From an uncultured Anaerolineales bacterium (lineage in GTDB: Bacteria; Chloroflexota; Anaerolineae; B4-G1; SLSP01): a stretch of DNA of 64,000 bases. The position numbers and the translations under genes were made by a program. The notes under the pieces were generated by a model that saw only the letters and a list, made by a program, of their open reading frames with translations, was not told where the DNA came from and ran no database searches. Below, piece after piece: positions 1-9,040 of the stretch (position 1 is its first letter; every line of letters begins with the position of its first letter). The stretch spans positions 2,933-66,932 of the forward strand of contig CAZTEO010000001.1 in assembly GCA_964612845.1 (NCBI GenBank), written 5' to 3'.

Positions 1-787
1 TACGATAGCGAATCCATGTCTCGCCCTGGGCCTCGATCGGTGCAAACTGAGAAATCAGGGCGCCCACGCCGTCCTGCGAAGGCTTCACAAATCGCGCTTC
101 CATCAGCGGCTCACCCAGGAGCTCTGACTTTAGATCAGAAACCGCACCGGCAGCCACGATCTGTCCTTGACGAATGATCAAGATGCGATCAGCCAACTCT
201 TCTGCCTCGGGCAAATTATGCGTGCAGATCATAATGGCCCGGTGCCCATCGCGGAGCTGGAGGATCATATCCCTGACCAGCCGAGCGCTTTCTGGGTCCA
301 TCGCGGATGTTGGCTCATCCAAAAGCAGCACAGATGGGTCATGAAGTAACGTCCGCATCAGCGTCATCTTCTGCGCCATACCCTTTGAGTATTCACCGAG
401 GCGGCGATCCAAGGCAAATGACATGCGAAAACGATCTGCCAGCATAGCGATACGCTTTTGGCGCTCTGATGCCGGAATGTCGCGCAGCTCTCCGAAGAAG
501 TCCAGGTACTCCCGGCCCGTCATGCGCGTATACAGACCGGGAGATTCGGTCAACATACCGACTCGCTGGCGCACCTTTCTGGCGTCCGAAACCACATTGT
601 AGCCAGCGACCCGTGCACTCCCCACGGTCGGCTTGAGGATTGCCGCAAGCATCCGCACCGTCGTCGTTTTGCCTGCGCCGTTAGGACCCAACAAGGCCAC
701 GACTTCACCTTCACCCACAGTAAAATCAATCTGATCCACAGCGACCAATGCTTCAAAACGCTTCGTGATCCCCTGTGCCTCAATCAT
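1..787 (-). CDS. ABC transporter ATP-binding protein (3' end runs off the window start)
   Basis: Hand translation of the reverse strand from ATG 787..785 gives MIEAQGITKRFEALVAVDQIDFTVGEGEVVALLGPNGAGKTTT (Walker A), YSKGMAQK (signature-like), LLLDEPTSAMD (Walker B) and ICTHNL (H-loop). It is absent from the ORF track because no stop lies inside the window. The listed 550..783 ORF is an out-of-frame shadow. Confidence 0.85.
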   Translation of the reverse strand, partial: MIEAQGITKRFEALVAVDQIDFTVGEGEVVALLGPNGAGKTTTVRMLAAILKPTVGSARVAGYNVVSDARKVRQRVGMLTESPGLYTRMTGREYLDFFGELRDIPASERQKRIAMLADRFRMSFALDRRLGEYSKGMAQKMTLMRTLLHDPSVLLLDEPTSAMDPESARLVRDMILQLRDGHRAIMICTHNLPEAEELADRILIIRQGQIVAAGAVSDLKSELLGEPLMEARFVKPSQDGVGALISQFAPIEAQGETWIRYR

Positions 788-948
788 ACAAACACTCCTC
801 TAACTCTATTCTCTCCAATTATACCACAGGTTCTCAGCCCTATATCGAAACTTCAATCTGTCGCCTGAACAGTTCCGTCCCATGCAAAACGTGCGCTTCA
901 GTAACAAGCGCACGTCTGGTCAACCCTTCTTGTGGATATCTGAAGTGC

Positions 949-1314
949 TTACGTCACATCCATCAAGTCACAGACACTACTCAAATGTTCCAACTCTTGT
1001 TCCAGCAGGTAGTTTAGCAAGGTCCGCAACCCGATGAGGGCACCGAGCAGCATAATATCGGTCCAAGAAGGCGATAACGCTGTCTTTAAGATGTCAGCGG
1101 CAACCTGGAACTCCAGGGCCATGACCATGCTTTGTCCAAGCGATAGACGGAGTGTAGGAATATCGACAGCTTCTGGCCTGAAGAAATTAACTACATAACG
1201 AATGGCAGTACGGGCTACGGATAAGACGATCACCATGACGCCGGCTGCCTCCACACCCATAATAATATAATCTAAGATATGTCCAAAAACGGTCTCCATG
1301 ATTCCCAATCCCAT
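949..1314 (-). CDS. small integral membrane protein, DUF1622-like
   Basis: 121 aa with hydrophobic segments and a LEFQVAADILKT...LIGLRTLLNYLLEQE pattern that I recall as typical of DUF1622. No enzymatic motif. Confidence 0.55.
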   Translation of the reverse strand: MGLGIMETVFGHILDYIIMGVEAAGVMVIVLSVARTAIRYVVNFFRPEAVDIPTLRLSLGQSMVMALEFQVAADILKTALSPSWTDIMLLGALIGLRTLLNYLLEQELEHLSSVCDLMDVT

Positions 1315-1426
1315 CGACAGCCGTCCCTATACGTAGGCCTCCACGATAATCCGATGATCACGTAAGGCGAGCGCCTCCAGCAATATTGACAAGACCCAAA
1401 AGGTCGTCCAAACACATAACACCTAG

Positions 1427-1457
1427 GGTGCCACTGGAGGATGTCTCCAGTGGCACC
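1427..1457 (-). terminator. perfect 13-bp hairpin 30 nt downstream of the ftsZ stop (candidate end of the dcw transcript)
   Basis: GGTGCCACTGGAG-gatgt-CTCCAGTGGCACC. On the minus strand it is followed by ctaggtgttatgtgttt, which is only a weak U-run. Confidence 0.4.
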
Positions 1458-1486
1458 GATATTATAGGTTAGAAATCAGAAAAATA

Positions 1487-2611
1487 CTATCGATTACGGC
1501 GCAAGAACGCAGGAATCTCGATATTTTCCTGATCCAGTGCACCGGGCACTGAGATATCACGGTGCTCCCTGCGACGCACCGGGGCTTGCGTCTGATGGTG
1601 CGAGGTCGCTTCCTGCTGGTCAAAGCCGGTGGCGATCACGGTGATGCGCACCTCCTCGTCCATCGTCTCGTCGACGACGGCGCCGAAGATGAGGTTCACA
1701 TCCTCGTGCGCTGTCTCACGGATCACAGACGCCGCCTCATTGACCTCGTAGAGCGTCATGTCATCGCCGCCGGTGATATTGAAGAGGATGCCCCGCGCGC
1801 CGTCAATGGTGATATCCAACAGACGGCTGGAAATGGCTTGCTGGGCTGCTTCAATGGCCCGATTCTCACCGTTGCCCCGCCCCACAGCCATAAGCGCCGC
1901 GCCACCTTCTTGCATGATGGTCTTCACATCGGCGAAGTCCAAGTTGATCAGGCCCGGCACGGTGATGACCTCGGTAATGCCCTGAATGCCCTGCCGCAGG
2001 ACATCGTCGGCGACGCTGAAAGCCTCTGTAAGACTCATTCGCTTTTCAGTGATCTCCAGCAGGCGATCGTTGGGAATCACAATCAAGGTATCCACCATCT
2101 CCTTGAGATTTTCGATGCCCTGGATCGCGGCTTTGGAGCGTCTGGACCCCTCAAAGGCGAAGGGACGTGTCACCACACCAATCGTGAGCGCCTTGATCTC
2201 CTCTTTGGCAATCCGAGCGATGACTGGTGCAGCGCCGGTCCCGGTCCCGCCGCCCATGCCCGCCGTCACGAAGACCATGTCAGCGCCCTGAAGCAGCTCG
2301 CGAATCTCGTCAGCCGACTCTTCTGCCGCTTTTTGGCCTTCTTCTGGATTTCCACCCGCGCCGAGTCCGCGTGTCACCCCGTCACCAAGGCGCAACCGGC
2401 GCGGCGCTTCGGACAACATCAGCGCTTGAGCATCGGTATTGACTGCGATGAACTCCACACCCTGCAGGCCTTCCGCAATCATGCGATTGACTGCGTTACT
2501 CCCGCCACCACCTACACCTACTACGCGAATCTGTGCAAAATTCTCTCCTACTGCACCCATCTCTGCACCTCCCCGATATGTGTTCTCTGCATTGATAAGT
2601 CCATGAACCAT
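1487..2611 (-). CDS. ftsZ: cell division protein FtsZ
   Basis: [17 protein letters not shown] and the tubulin signature [16 protein letters not shown]. Start set at ATG 2611 (AAGGAGAG lies 5 nt upstream). ATG 2560 (GGGGAGG upstream) is an equally plausible alternative. The first 66 nt of the listed ORF overlap ftsA. Confidence 0.95.
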   Translation of the reverse strand: MVHGLINAENTYRGGAEMGAVGENFAQIRVVGVGGGGSNAVNRMIAEGLQGVEFIAVNTDAQALMLSEAPRRLRLGDGVTRGLGAGGNPEEGQKAAEESADEIRELLQGADMVFVTAGMGGGTGTGAAPVIARIAKEEIKALTIGVVTRPFAFEGSRRSKAAIQGIENLKEMVDTLIVIPNDRLLEITEKRMSLTEAFSVADDVLRQGIQGITEVITVPGLINLDFADVKTIMQEGGAALMAVGRGNGENRAIEAAQQAISSRLLDITIDGARGILFNITGGDDMTLYEVNEAASVIRETAHEDVNLIFGAVVDETMDEEVRITVIATGFDQQEATSHHQTQAPVRRREHRDISVPGALDQENIEIPAFLRRNR

Positions 2612-2628
2612 GATTCTCTCCTTCTCCA

Positions 2629-3849
2629 TCATCCAGGCAATAACGTTCTTAACCAACCACCAATCTGTTTCCACCAAGTCTTACGTGGAGCTTTCCACCC
2701 CCCATGATCGATCCACAACGGCATCCACTGCGCCAGGCCCACAGCCACGGCTGAGGCTGGATTACTGACTTGATCGGTCAAGCCGACCAGATTCTTCGGC
2801 TCACCAATCTGTACGGGCAGCCGAAAGATTTCTTGGGCCAGCTGCTGGATGCCGGGTATCTGCGCCACGCCGCCACAAAGTACAACGCCAGCCGGCAGCA
2901 GCCCATCATAACCGGAACGCTTTATCTCCTGCTGGACACTTTCCAAGATCTCTTCCATACGCGCCTGGACGATTTCCGCCAACTTCCAACGCGGGACCAC
3001 CACCGGACTGTTCTCCCCATAGGGCGAGATGGTGAACTGTTCATCTTCCGCAACCTGAGCGCCCATCGCGTGACCGTGTTGCAGATTGATGCGTTCGGCA
3101 GCTTCAGGTGGAAGTCGCAGGCCAATGGCGACGTCGTTGGTCACGTAATCGCCACCCAAGGTCAACGAGCGTGTATACCAGACCGTACCTTCGATGAAAA
3201 TCGCGATATCCGTCGTCCCCTTACCAATATCGACTAGCACCACCCCCATATCTTTCTCCGTATCAGAAAGCACGGTATTACCAGCCGCGAGACTGGTCAA
3301 CACCAACTCGCTGATCTCAACACCGGCGCCCGTCACGCACTTGGTCAGATTCTGAAGCGCGGTCGCCGATCCCATCACCACATGCGCTTCCACCTCCAGC
3401 CGATAGCCGTGCATGCCCAAGGGATCTCGCACGCCTTCCTGACCGTCCACGGTATAGACCCTGGGAATGATGTGCAAGAGTTCCTGATTTTGAGGGAGCG
3501 CAATCGCACCCGCGGCCTCCAAGACCCGGTCGATATCGTCCGGCGTAATCCCCTGTTCGCGCCGCGATACACCGACAACGCCCTGGCTGTTCCGAGAGGC
3601 GATGTGCGCGCCACTCACGCCGACGAATGCCCGCTCAATCTGATAGCCAGAGGTCTGCTCCGCCTGTGCAACTGCGTCGCTGATGGCTGCAGTAGCCTCG
3701 GTGACATTGACGATGGCGCCTTTGTGCACACCGCGCGAGGGAACACGCCCGACTCCCACGATGCGCGTCTCGCCGGTCTCCGCGATCTCGCCAACCAGGA
3801 CTTGAATCTTGGCGCTACCAACATCGATACCTACAACAGATCGTTCCAT
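2629..3849 (-). CDS. ftsA: cell division protein FtsA
   Basis: Actin-like ATPase motifs ([37 protein letters not shown]). C-terminal amphipathic tail [13 protein letters not shown]. Lies between ftsQ and ftsZ. Confidence 0.93.
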   Translation of the reverse strand: MERSVVGIDVGSAKIQVLVGEIAETGETRIVGVGRVPSRGVHKGAIVNVTEATAAISDAVAQAEQTSGYQIERAFVGVSGAHIASRNSQGVVGVSRREQGITPDDIDRVLEAAGAIALPQNQELLHIIPRVYTVDGQEGVRDPLGMHGYRLEVEAHVVMGSATALQNLTKCVTGAGVEISELVLTSLAAGNTVLSDTEKDMGVVLVDIGKGTTDIAIFIEGTVWYTRSLTLGGDYVTNDVAIGLRLPPEAAERINLQHGHAMGAQVAEDEQFTISPYGENSPVVVPRWKLAEIVQARMEEILESVQQEIKRSGYDGLLPAGVVLCGGVAQIPGIQQLAQEIFRLPVQIGEPKNLVGLTDQVSNPASAVAVGLAQWMPLWIDHGGWKAPRKTWWKQIGGWLRTLLPG

Positions 3850-3859
3850 CTTCCCCCCT

Positions 3860-4651
3860 CTACCAAGATTCCGTCAGCGAGTAGGTCACAGCATCAGGAA
3901 AGCGAACATCAATCGTCCGGGGACGGATACCGCGCGACTGGAGATCGCTCGCCAACGCCTCGTACATCCGCCAACGCCGTTCCATCTCCCAGCCTCGCCC
4001 AAACGCCACTTGCGTCCCTAGCGAGTCCGTCCAGACCAGACCGCGCTCCGCATGATAGATCAACTCTTCAGCAGGCAGTCCCAGCTCGTACAGGGCCTCC
4101 ACACCGTCCAGAATATCTTCAGGGATACGTTCCGACGCCGGCAACGGTCCCTGAAGCAGCGGTAAATCGTCAACAGAGTCCGCCACCGGAAACAGAATCC
4201 CTTCCGCATCAACACCGAAGCGCTGATCGGCCGTCTGCCAGAGCAATTGCGGTGCTCTTTCTTCGATAGTGATCAAGCACTCTGCCGGATAAAACGAACA
4301 ATCCACATCCGCCGCTGTCACAGCCGGGACGCTGTTGGCAACACGGCTGATGACCTGACGCGGACGAATCCAGAGACCGTGAAGCGTCAACACATCTGCG
4401 GTAAGCGCAACGTCCCGCGCCGTGTCCAGAGAGGCAGTCCCGGCAATCTTCAAGCGGCTCGCGTCAACATACCAGCGCGGATCGAGCCAGACCCACAAGA
4501 GGAGCCCGACTATGATCACCGGCAGACCCACCCATCGCCAGGGAATGTTGACGTGCCAACGACGTTTAGCACGGCGCGCGACCTGCGGTTGTGCACCTAA
4601 CAGCGCCGCCGTCCGATGGTATTGTCGCTTTGCCATCTCCCTATCCTCCAC
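3860..4651 (-). CDS. ftsQ: cell division protein FtsQ/DivIB-like (POTRA)
   Basis: Basic N-terminus, one TM (VGLPVIIVGLLLWVWL), then a POTRA-like region. Lies between ddl and ftsA. Confidence 0.75.
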   Translation of the reverse strand: MEDREMAKRQYHRTAALLGAQPQVARRAKRRWHVNIPWRWVGLPVIIVGLLLWVWLDPRWYVDASRLKIAGTASLDTARDVALTADVLTLHGLWIRPRQVISRVANSVPAVTAADVDCSFYPAECLITIEERAPQLLWQTADQRFGVDAEGILFPVADSVDDLPLLQGPLPASERIPEDILDGVEALYELGLPAEELIYHAERGLVWTDSLGTQVAFGRGWEMERRWRMYEALASDLQSRGIRPRTIDVRFPDAVTYSLTESW

Positions 4652-4682
4652 TCACTTCCACATTACGCCGTTATCAAGGCGT

Positions 4683-5816
4683 CTATGAAGCCCGGAACAC
4701 CCGTTCTGAACGTGCATTCTCCACGTGTCGTTCCAGAGCCAAATCAATCAACCAGCTCAATAAACGCTCATAAGGAACACCCGTAGCATCCCACAGCTTC
4801 GGATACATGCTGATCGAGGTGAAGCCCGGTATCGTGTTGATCTCGTTGAGATAGAGCTCGCCGGTCTCGCCGCTCAGCAGAAAGTCAACACGCGCCATAC
4901 CCGCACAGTCGATGGCTTTATAGGCTTGGATTGCCATCTTTCGTATCTGTGCAGTCAGTTCCTCACTCAAGGGCGCCGGTATCAGCAACTCCGAAGCATC
5001 TTCGCCCGTATCCAGATACTTGGCCTCGTAGCTGTAAAAATCGCGGCTGGGAATAATCTCCCCCGGCACAGAAGCCGATGGGGCGTCGTTCCCCAACACA
5101 CTCACCTCGATCTCGCGGGCCGCCGGTACAGCCTCTTCGACCAGCAAACGGCGGTCGTAGCGCGCGGCTTCATGCATACCGGCGCGCAACTCTTCCTGAT
5201 TAGTACACCTGCTGATGCCCACACTGGAACCCAAGTTCGCGGGTTTAGTAAAGAGTGGATAAGTCAATTCCGTCTCGATCGTGCGCAAGACGCTTTCCGG
5301 CTCCCGCTCCCACCAACGGCGGCTGCAATGCACATAGGGGAGGATCGGAAGCCCGACGTCATCACAAACGTGCTTGAAGATAATCTTATCCATGGCAACT
5401 GCTGACGCGACCACACCGGCGCCTACGTAGGCGACATCTGCCAGCTCTAACAGCCCCTGCACCGTGCCATCTTCGCCGAAAGTGCCGTGCAACACAGGAA
5501 AGACTACGTCCACGCGGGAGAGCATTGAAAGCTGCCCCGCCCGTTCATTTTGATGAGAGTGAATCTGGCTGAGACCACTATACGTAGGATCAGGCAGAAT
5601 GGCAGCCGGACGCGTTTCAGTAAAAGACTCGTCTTCCAACGCCCGCATCGGGTCCGTGCCCACGATCCAAGCCCCCTCCCGCGTAATACCCACCGGGATA
5701 ATCTCGAAGCGATCAGGGTCTAACGCACCTATGACCGAACGCGCCGAGACCAAACTGACCTCATGCTCGCCGGAACGCCCGCCAAACAATACCGCCACTT
5801 TAAGCTTATCTGACAT
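4683..5816 (-). CDS. ddl: D-alanine--D-alanine ligase
   Basis: KVAVLFGGRSGEHEVSLVSA N-terminus and an ATP-grasp C-terminus (YLNEINTIPGFT). Start moved to ATG 5816 (GAGGGGGG 5 nt upstream); the listed ORF starts at GTG 5822. Confidence 0.93.
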   Translation of the reverse strand: MSDKLKVAVLFGGRSGEHEVSLVSARSVIGALDPDRFEIIPVGITREGAWIVGTDPMRALEDESFTETRPAAILPDPTYSGLSQIHSHQNERAGQLSMLSRVDVVFPVLHGTFGEDGTVQGLLELADVAYVGAGVVASAVAMDKIIFKHVCDDVGLPILPYVHCSRRWWEREPESVLRTIETELTYPLFTKPANLGSSVGISRCTNQEELRAGMHEAARYDRRLLVEEAVPAAREIEVSVLGNDAPSASVPGEIIPSRDFYSYEAKYLDTGEDASELLIPAPLSEELTAQIRKMAIQAYKAIDCAGMARVDFLLSGETGELYLNEINTIPGFTSISMYPKLWDATGVPYERLLSWLIDLALERHVENARSERVFRAS

Positions 5817-5885
5817 CCACACCCCCCTCAGTATCGGATACTGCGTTTCTGACGTATACCGCCCGCTTCATGCTAGGCAGAATAA

Positions 5886-6791
5886 TCATGCAATCAGCTC
5901 AATCTCCGGCTCAAGCCACACGCCGAACTTGCGCTCGACCTCAGCCTGGACCCGCTGAATCAACGTCATGTAATCTTCTGCTGTCCCATCCGCTTCATTG
6001 ACAAAGAAATTCGCGTGGTGGGATGAAACCACGACGCCTCCCACACGCATGCCCTTCAGACCTGCCGCTTCAATAAGCCGACCCGCGTAATCTCCCGCTG
6101 GGTTCTTGAAGGTAGAGCCCAAGGTCCGACCCGGCGGTTGGGTATGGTGACGGCGCTCTGTATACTCCTGAGCCTTGGCCTGCAAATGCGCAGGATCTCT
6201 GGGGCGCAGTTGGAACGTCGCCCGTAGTACCACCCACGCCTCCCCAGCACCCTTTAGACGGCTGCATCGATAGCGAAAGTCAAACCAGTCTGGCCCAATG
6301 GTATGAATGTCATCATCTGGACCAAGCAAATCTGCAGAGAGCAAGGCTGTCGATATCTCACCACCAAAAGCACCGGCGTTGTTGATCACAGCGCCGCCCA
6401 CGGTGCCGGGCAAGCCAACCGCCCACGTCAGACCTCCCCAACCGCGCGCCACAGCCGCTCGCGCCACTTGAACCATCACAGCACCAGATTCCGCGCAAAT
6501 ACGGTAATTATCGGCAAACTGGACCTCGCGCGCGTGATTAAGGATCACCACGCCATGCAGACCCCGATCCGAGACCAGGCAGTTAGAAAGTCCACCAAAT
6601 ACTTTGTAAGGCAATCGTAACGCACGGCTTTCAATCACAGCCCGCTGAATATCGGAGGCGGAGCGAGCGACGACTAAGACATCGGCAGGGCCGCCCACGC
6701 CCGCAGCGGAGTACTGCGCCAGCGCGGCATCACGCTGGGCGATGTCGCCCAAGCGCTCCACCAGTTGAGCCAGCCGTGTCTCGTAATCCAT
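5886..6791 (-). CDS. murB: UDP-N-acetylenolpyruvoylglucosamine reductase
   Basis: FAD-binding PCMH-type N-terminus (FGGLSNCLV) and a C-terminal GSTFKNP motif. The ATG at 6791 overlaps the TGA of the upstream small ORF (TGATG). Confidence 0.92.
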   Translation of the reverse strand: MDYETRLAQLVERLGDIAQRDAALAQYSAAGVGGPADVLVVARSASDIQRAVIESRALRLPYKVFGGLSNCLVSDRGLHGVVILNHAREVQFADNYRICAESGAVMVQVARAAVARGWGGLTWAVGLPGTVGGAVINNAGAFGGEISTALLSADLLGPDDDIHTIGPDWFDFRYRCSRLKGAGEAWVVLRATFQLRPRDPAHLQAKAQEYTERRHHTQPPGRTLGSTFKNPAGDYAGRLIEAAGLKGMRVGGVVVSSHHANFFVNEADGTAEDYMTLIQRVQAEVERKFGVWLEPEIELIA

Positions 6792-6946
6792 CAACTTTGC
6801 TTGCGTTTCGCATCCTTTGAGCGCATCTCGCGTTCGACCAGCTCCATCTTGAACTCCATGGTCGCCGAGCGATATGCCCGCTTCTTGGCCCGTTTCCGTC
6901 CTTTAACGCCGGTGGCACGTTTGAACAATTTCGCCAGTCGTGTCAT
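6791..6946 (-). CDS. unlisted 51-aa highly basic small protein, translationally coupled murC -> ORF -> murB
   Basis: Hand translation: MTRLAKLFKRATGVKGRKRAKKRAYRSATMEFKMELVEREMRSKDAKRKQS*. GAGGAG lies 8 nt upstream. Its ATG overlaps the murC stop (ATGA) and its TGA overlaps the murB ATG (TGATG). It is below the 60-aa cutoff of the ORF track. Confidence 0.5.
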   Translation of the reverse strand: MTRLAKLFKRATGVKGRKRAKKRAYRSATMEFKMELVEREMRSKDAKRKQS

Positions 6947-8349
6947 GGGGATGTCTCCTCAGCTTGTAAAGCGTCTAACAGCTGCTCGCCGACTACGTAC
7001 TCGGTGCCAGCCCCCATCAGCAGAATCACGTCGCCCGATTCGACCTCCGCCAGGAGCTGCGCCACCGCATCATCCAGCGAGGCTGCGGCGCTGACGTTGG
7101 GATGCTCCAGTGCAGCCACCAGACCCTGCTGATCAATGCTCCCATCATCTATCTCACGCGCTGCGTAAATCGGCAGGACGAGCACACGGTCCGCGCCTTG
7201 GAAAGCGCAGAGGAAATCGTCCCACAACGCCTTGATCCGGCTAAACGTGTGAGGCTGCCAGACGGCGAGCAGTCGCCGCTCAGGATAACGCTGCTGGGCG
7301 GCCTGCAACAACGCGCGAATCTGGGTGGGATGGTGCGCATAATCGTCGATAACGGTGACGCCCTGCACTTCGCCCAACACCTCAAAGCGCCGCGCCGTAC
7401 CGGAGAAATGCTCCAATGCAGCCTTAGCCGTCTCCAGAGAGACTCCACATTCACCCACCGCAACTGCTAAGGCCGCCAGGGCATTCTCCGCGTTATGATC
7501 GCCGGGAATAGATAAGTTTATCTCGCCCAGCCGCACATTTTCCCGCAGCACATCGAAGGTAACGCCGCCCCGTGCATTAGGTCGCACGTCTATGGCACGC
7601 CAGGCCAATCCCTTGCCAGGGCGTAGACCGTACAAGACCAGGTGACCGCCGTTGGCGTGGTAAGATGCCGCCACGGCGTGGGCGACTTCGTCATCGTTAC
7701 AGGCGACCAACGTGCCATCGTCACGGATCTGATCCACAAAATCCCCAAAAGCCAGACGCAGGAACCGAGGGCTGGGGAAACAGTCCGGGTGATCGTACTC
7801 AATGTTGGTCACGACAGCAATGTAGGGTTCTAGCGCCAGAAATGTGTTCTGGTACTCATCGGCTTCAATGACGAAGTAGGATCCTGCACCGGCCTGGGCA
7901 TTCGTCCCCAAGCTCTCCACAACCCCACCCACGATGTACGTCGGATCGTGCCCCGCCTCCAGCAGGATGGACGTGATCATACCGGTGACCGTGGTTTTAC
8001 CGTGGGCCCCCGCCACCGCGATAACGTCGTGTTCGGCGGTCAGCAGCGGCAGGAACTCGGGACGCCGCATCACAGGAATATCCTGCTGCCCTGCGGCAAC
8101 CAGCTCCACGTTGTCATCGGGCACCGCGGACGAAGCCAACACCAGATCGGCGCCAGCGACGTTTGCCGCCACATGTCCGATGCAAACCGGAATGCCCTCA
8201 GCGCGCAGATCCGCCACCAGCCGGCCCAGCTTCTGATCGGAGCCGCGCACATCGACACCACGCCCCTTCAACACGCGCGCGATAGCCGACATTCCAGCCC
8301 CGCCGATCCCAACGATATACACTTGCGTCAATTCTGTTAAATTTTTCAC
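6943..8349 (-). CDS. murC: UDP-N-acetylmuramate--L-alanine ligase
   Basis: VYIVGIGGAGMSAIA and the Mur-ligase P-loop GAHGKTTVTGM. Start set at GTG 8349 (VKNLTELTQ...), which gives the usual short N-terminus. The listed ORF start at 8478 would overlap the upstream gene by 119 nt. Confidence 0.93.
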   Translation of the reverse strand: MKNLTELTQVYIVGIGGAGMSAIARVLKGRGVDVRGSDQKLGRLVADLRAEGIPVCIGHVAANVAGADLVLASSAVPDDNVELVAAGQQDIPVMRRPEFLPLLTAEHDVIAVAGAHGKTTVTGMITSILLEAGHDPTYIVGGVVESLGTNAQAGAGSYFVIEADEYQNTFLALEPYIAVVTNIEYDHPDCFPSPRFLRLAFGDFVDQIRDDGTLVACNDDEVAHAVAASYHANGGHLVLYGLRPGKGLAWRAIDVRPNARGGVTFDVLRENVRLGEINLSIPGDHNAENALAALAVAVGECGVSLETAKAALEHFSGTARRFEVLGEVQGVTVIDDYAHHPTQIRALLQAAQQRYPERRLLAVWQPHTFSRIKALWDDFLCAFQGADRVLVLPIYAAREIDDGSIDQQGLVAALEHPNVSAAASLDDAVAQLLAEVESGDVILLMGAGTEYVVGEQLLDALQAEETSP

Positions 8350-8359
8350 GTCCTTGCCT

Positions 8360-9034
8360 TCACAATCCAATAGCTCGCAACAAACCACTCCAGGTCCAAC
8401 TACAGTTCTGACGATGAGATATCGATACCAGCATGATCTCCTTGCCACCCACACTGATCTGCCTCGTCTGCTCTGCACGAGATTTGGAATGGTTTACCGG
8501 AACCGCTATCCCTATAATTTTATGGTTGATTATTCCTTCACATACTGCATCCAAGAGTTCCTGTAAGCATCCATGAATTTGATCCTCTTCTTCGTTCTCC
8601 TGTTTACAAAGCATCTGCATTCCTTGTTCTAGTTGCTCAAATTTGTCATCTACTTGATCCCGATTTACCAAAGTATCTCGCAACTCAAGGAAGACTAAAC
8701 AGCAATCCCCATCGAACCAGCCCATAACCAGGTAATCCGACTTACGTCCTTCCCACCGAGCATCCACCAATGAAATCTTGTCAGCGAAACGGTCGAACTC
8801 ACATATACGTAGAGGCATAGTATCTGCTTCTAACGTCAGCCAATAATAATGCGTTGGCTCACCACCCGGTAATTTTTTAGTTCCTTCATACAACAGACGT
8901 GATTTTTCGATAGCCACCCGACTACAACAATCCATTAATGCAGTAGCTTCTACAGGACAATCTATTCTCTCTGGTTGCTGGGGTAGACTCTCTCCCTGAC
9001 AACGGCTTTCGGGGATATTATTGCGTCTGGGCAT
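8360..9034 (-). CDS. hypothetical Cys-rich protein, partner of the upstream ATPase (no family recognised)
   Basis: 224 aa with 11 Cys. GGGAG lies 9 nt upstream of the ATG, which is 6 nt after the ATPase stop. Its stop is 10 nt before the murC GTG. Low GC. Acidic clusters: WLTLEADT...WFDGDCC and SDYLVMGW...LVFLELRD. Confidence 0.6.
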   Translation of the reverse strand: MPRRNNIPESRCQGESLPQQPERIDCPVEATALMDCCSRVAIEKSRLLYEGTKKLPGGEPTHYYWLTLEADTMPLRICEFDRFADKISLVDARWEGRKSDYLVMGWFDGDCCLVFLELRDTLVNRDQVDDKFEQLEQGMQMLCKQENEEEDQIHGCLQELLDAVCEGIINHKIIGIAVPVNHSKSRAEQTRQISVGGKEIMLVSISHRQNCSWTWSGLLRAIGL

Positions 9035-9040
9035 ACAATT

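Noticed and set aside
550-783. 77-aa ORF listed in the track
   Set aside because: It is out of frame within the ABC ATPase gene (1..787), whose Walker A, signature and Walker B read continuously in another frame.
1562-2707. 381-aa ORF on the + strand
   Set aside because: It lies entirely antisense to ftsZ, whose identity is unambiguous. It has the typical Arg/His/Gly/Leu-rich shadow composition of a high-GC genome and no motif.
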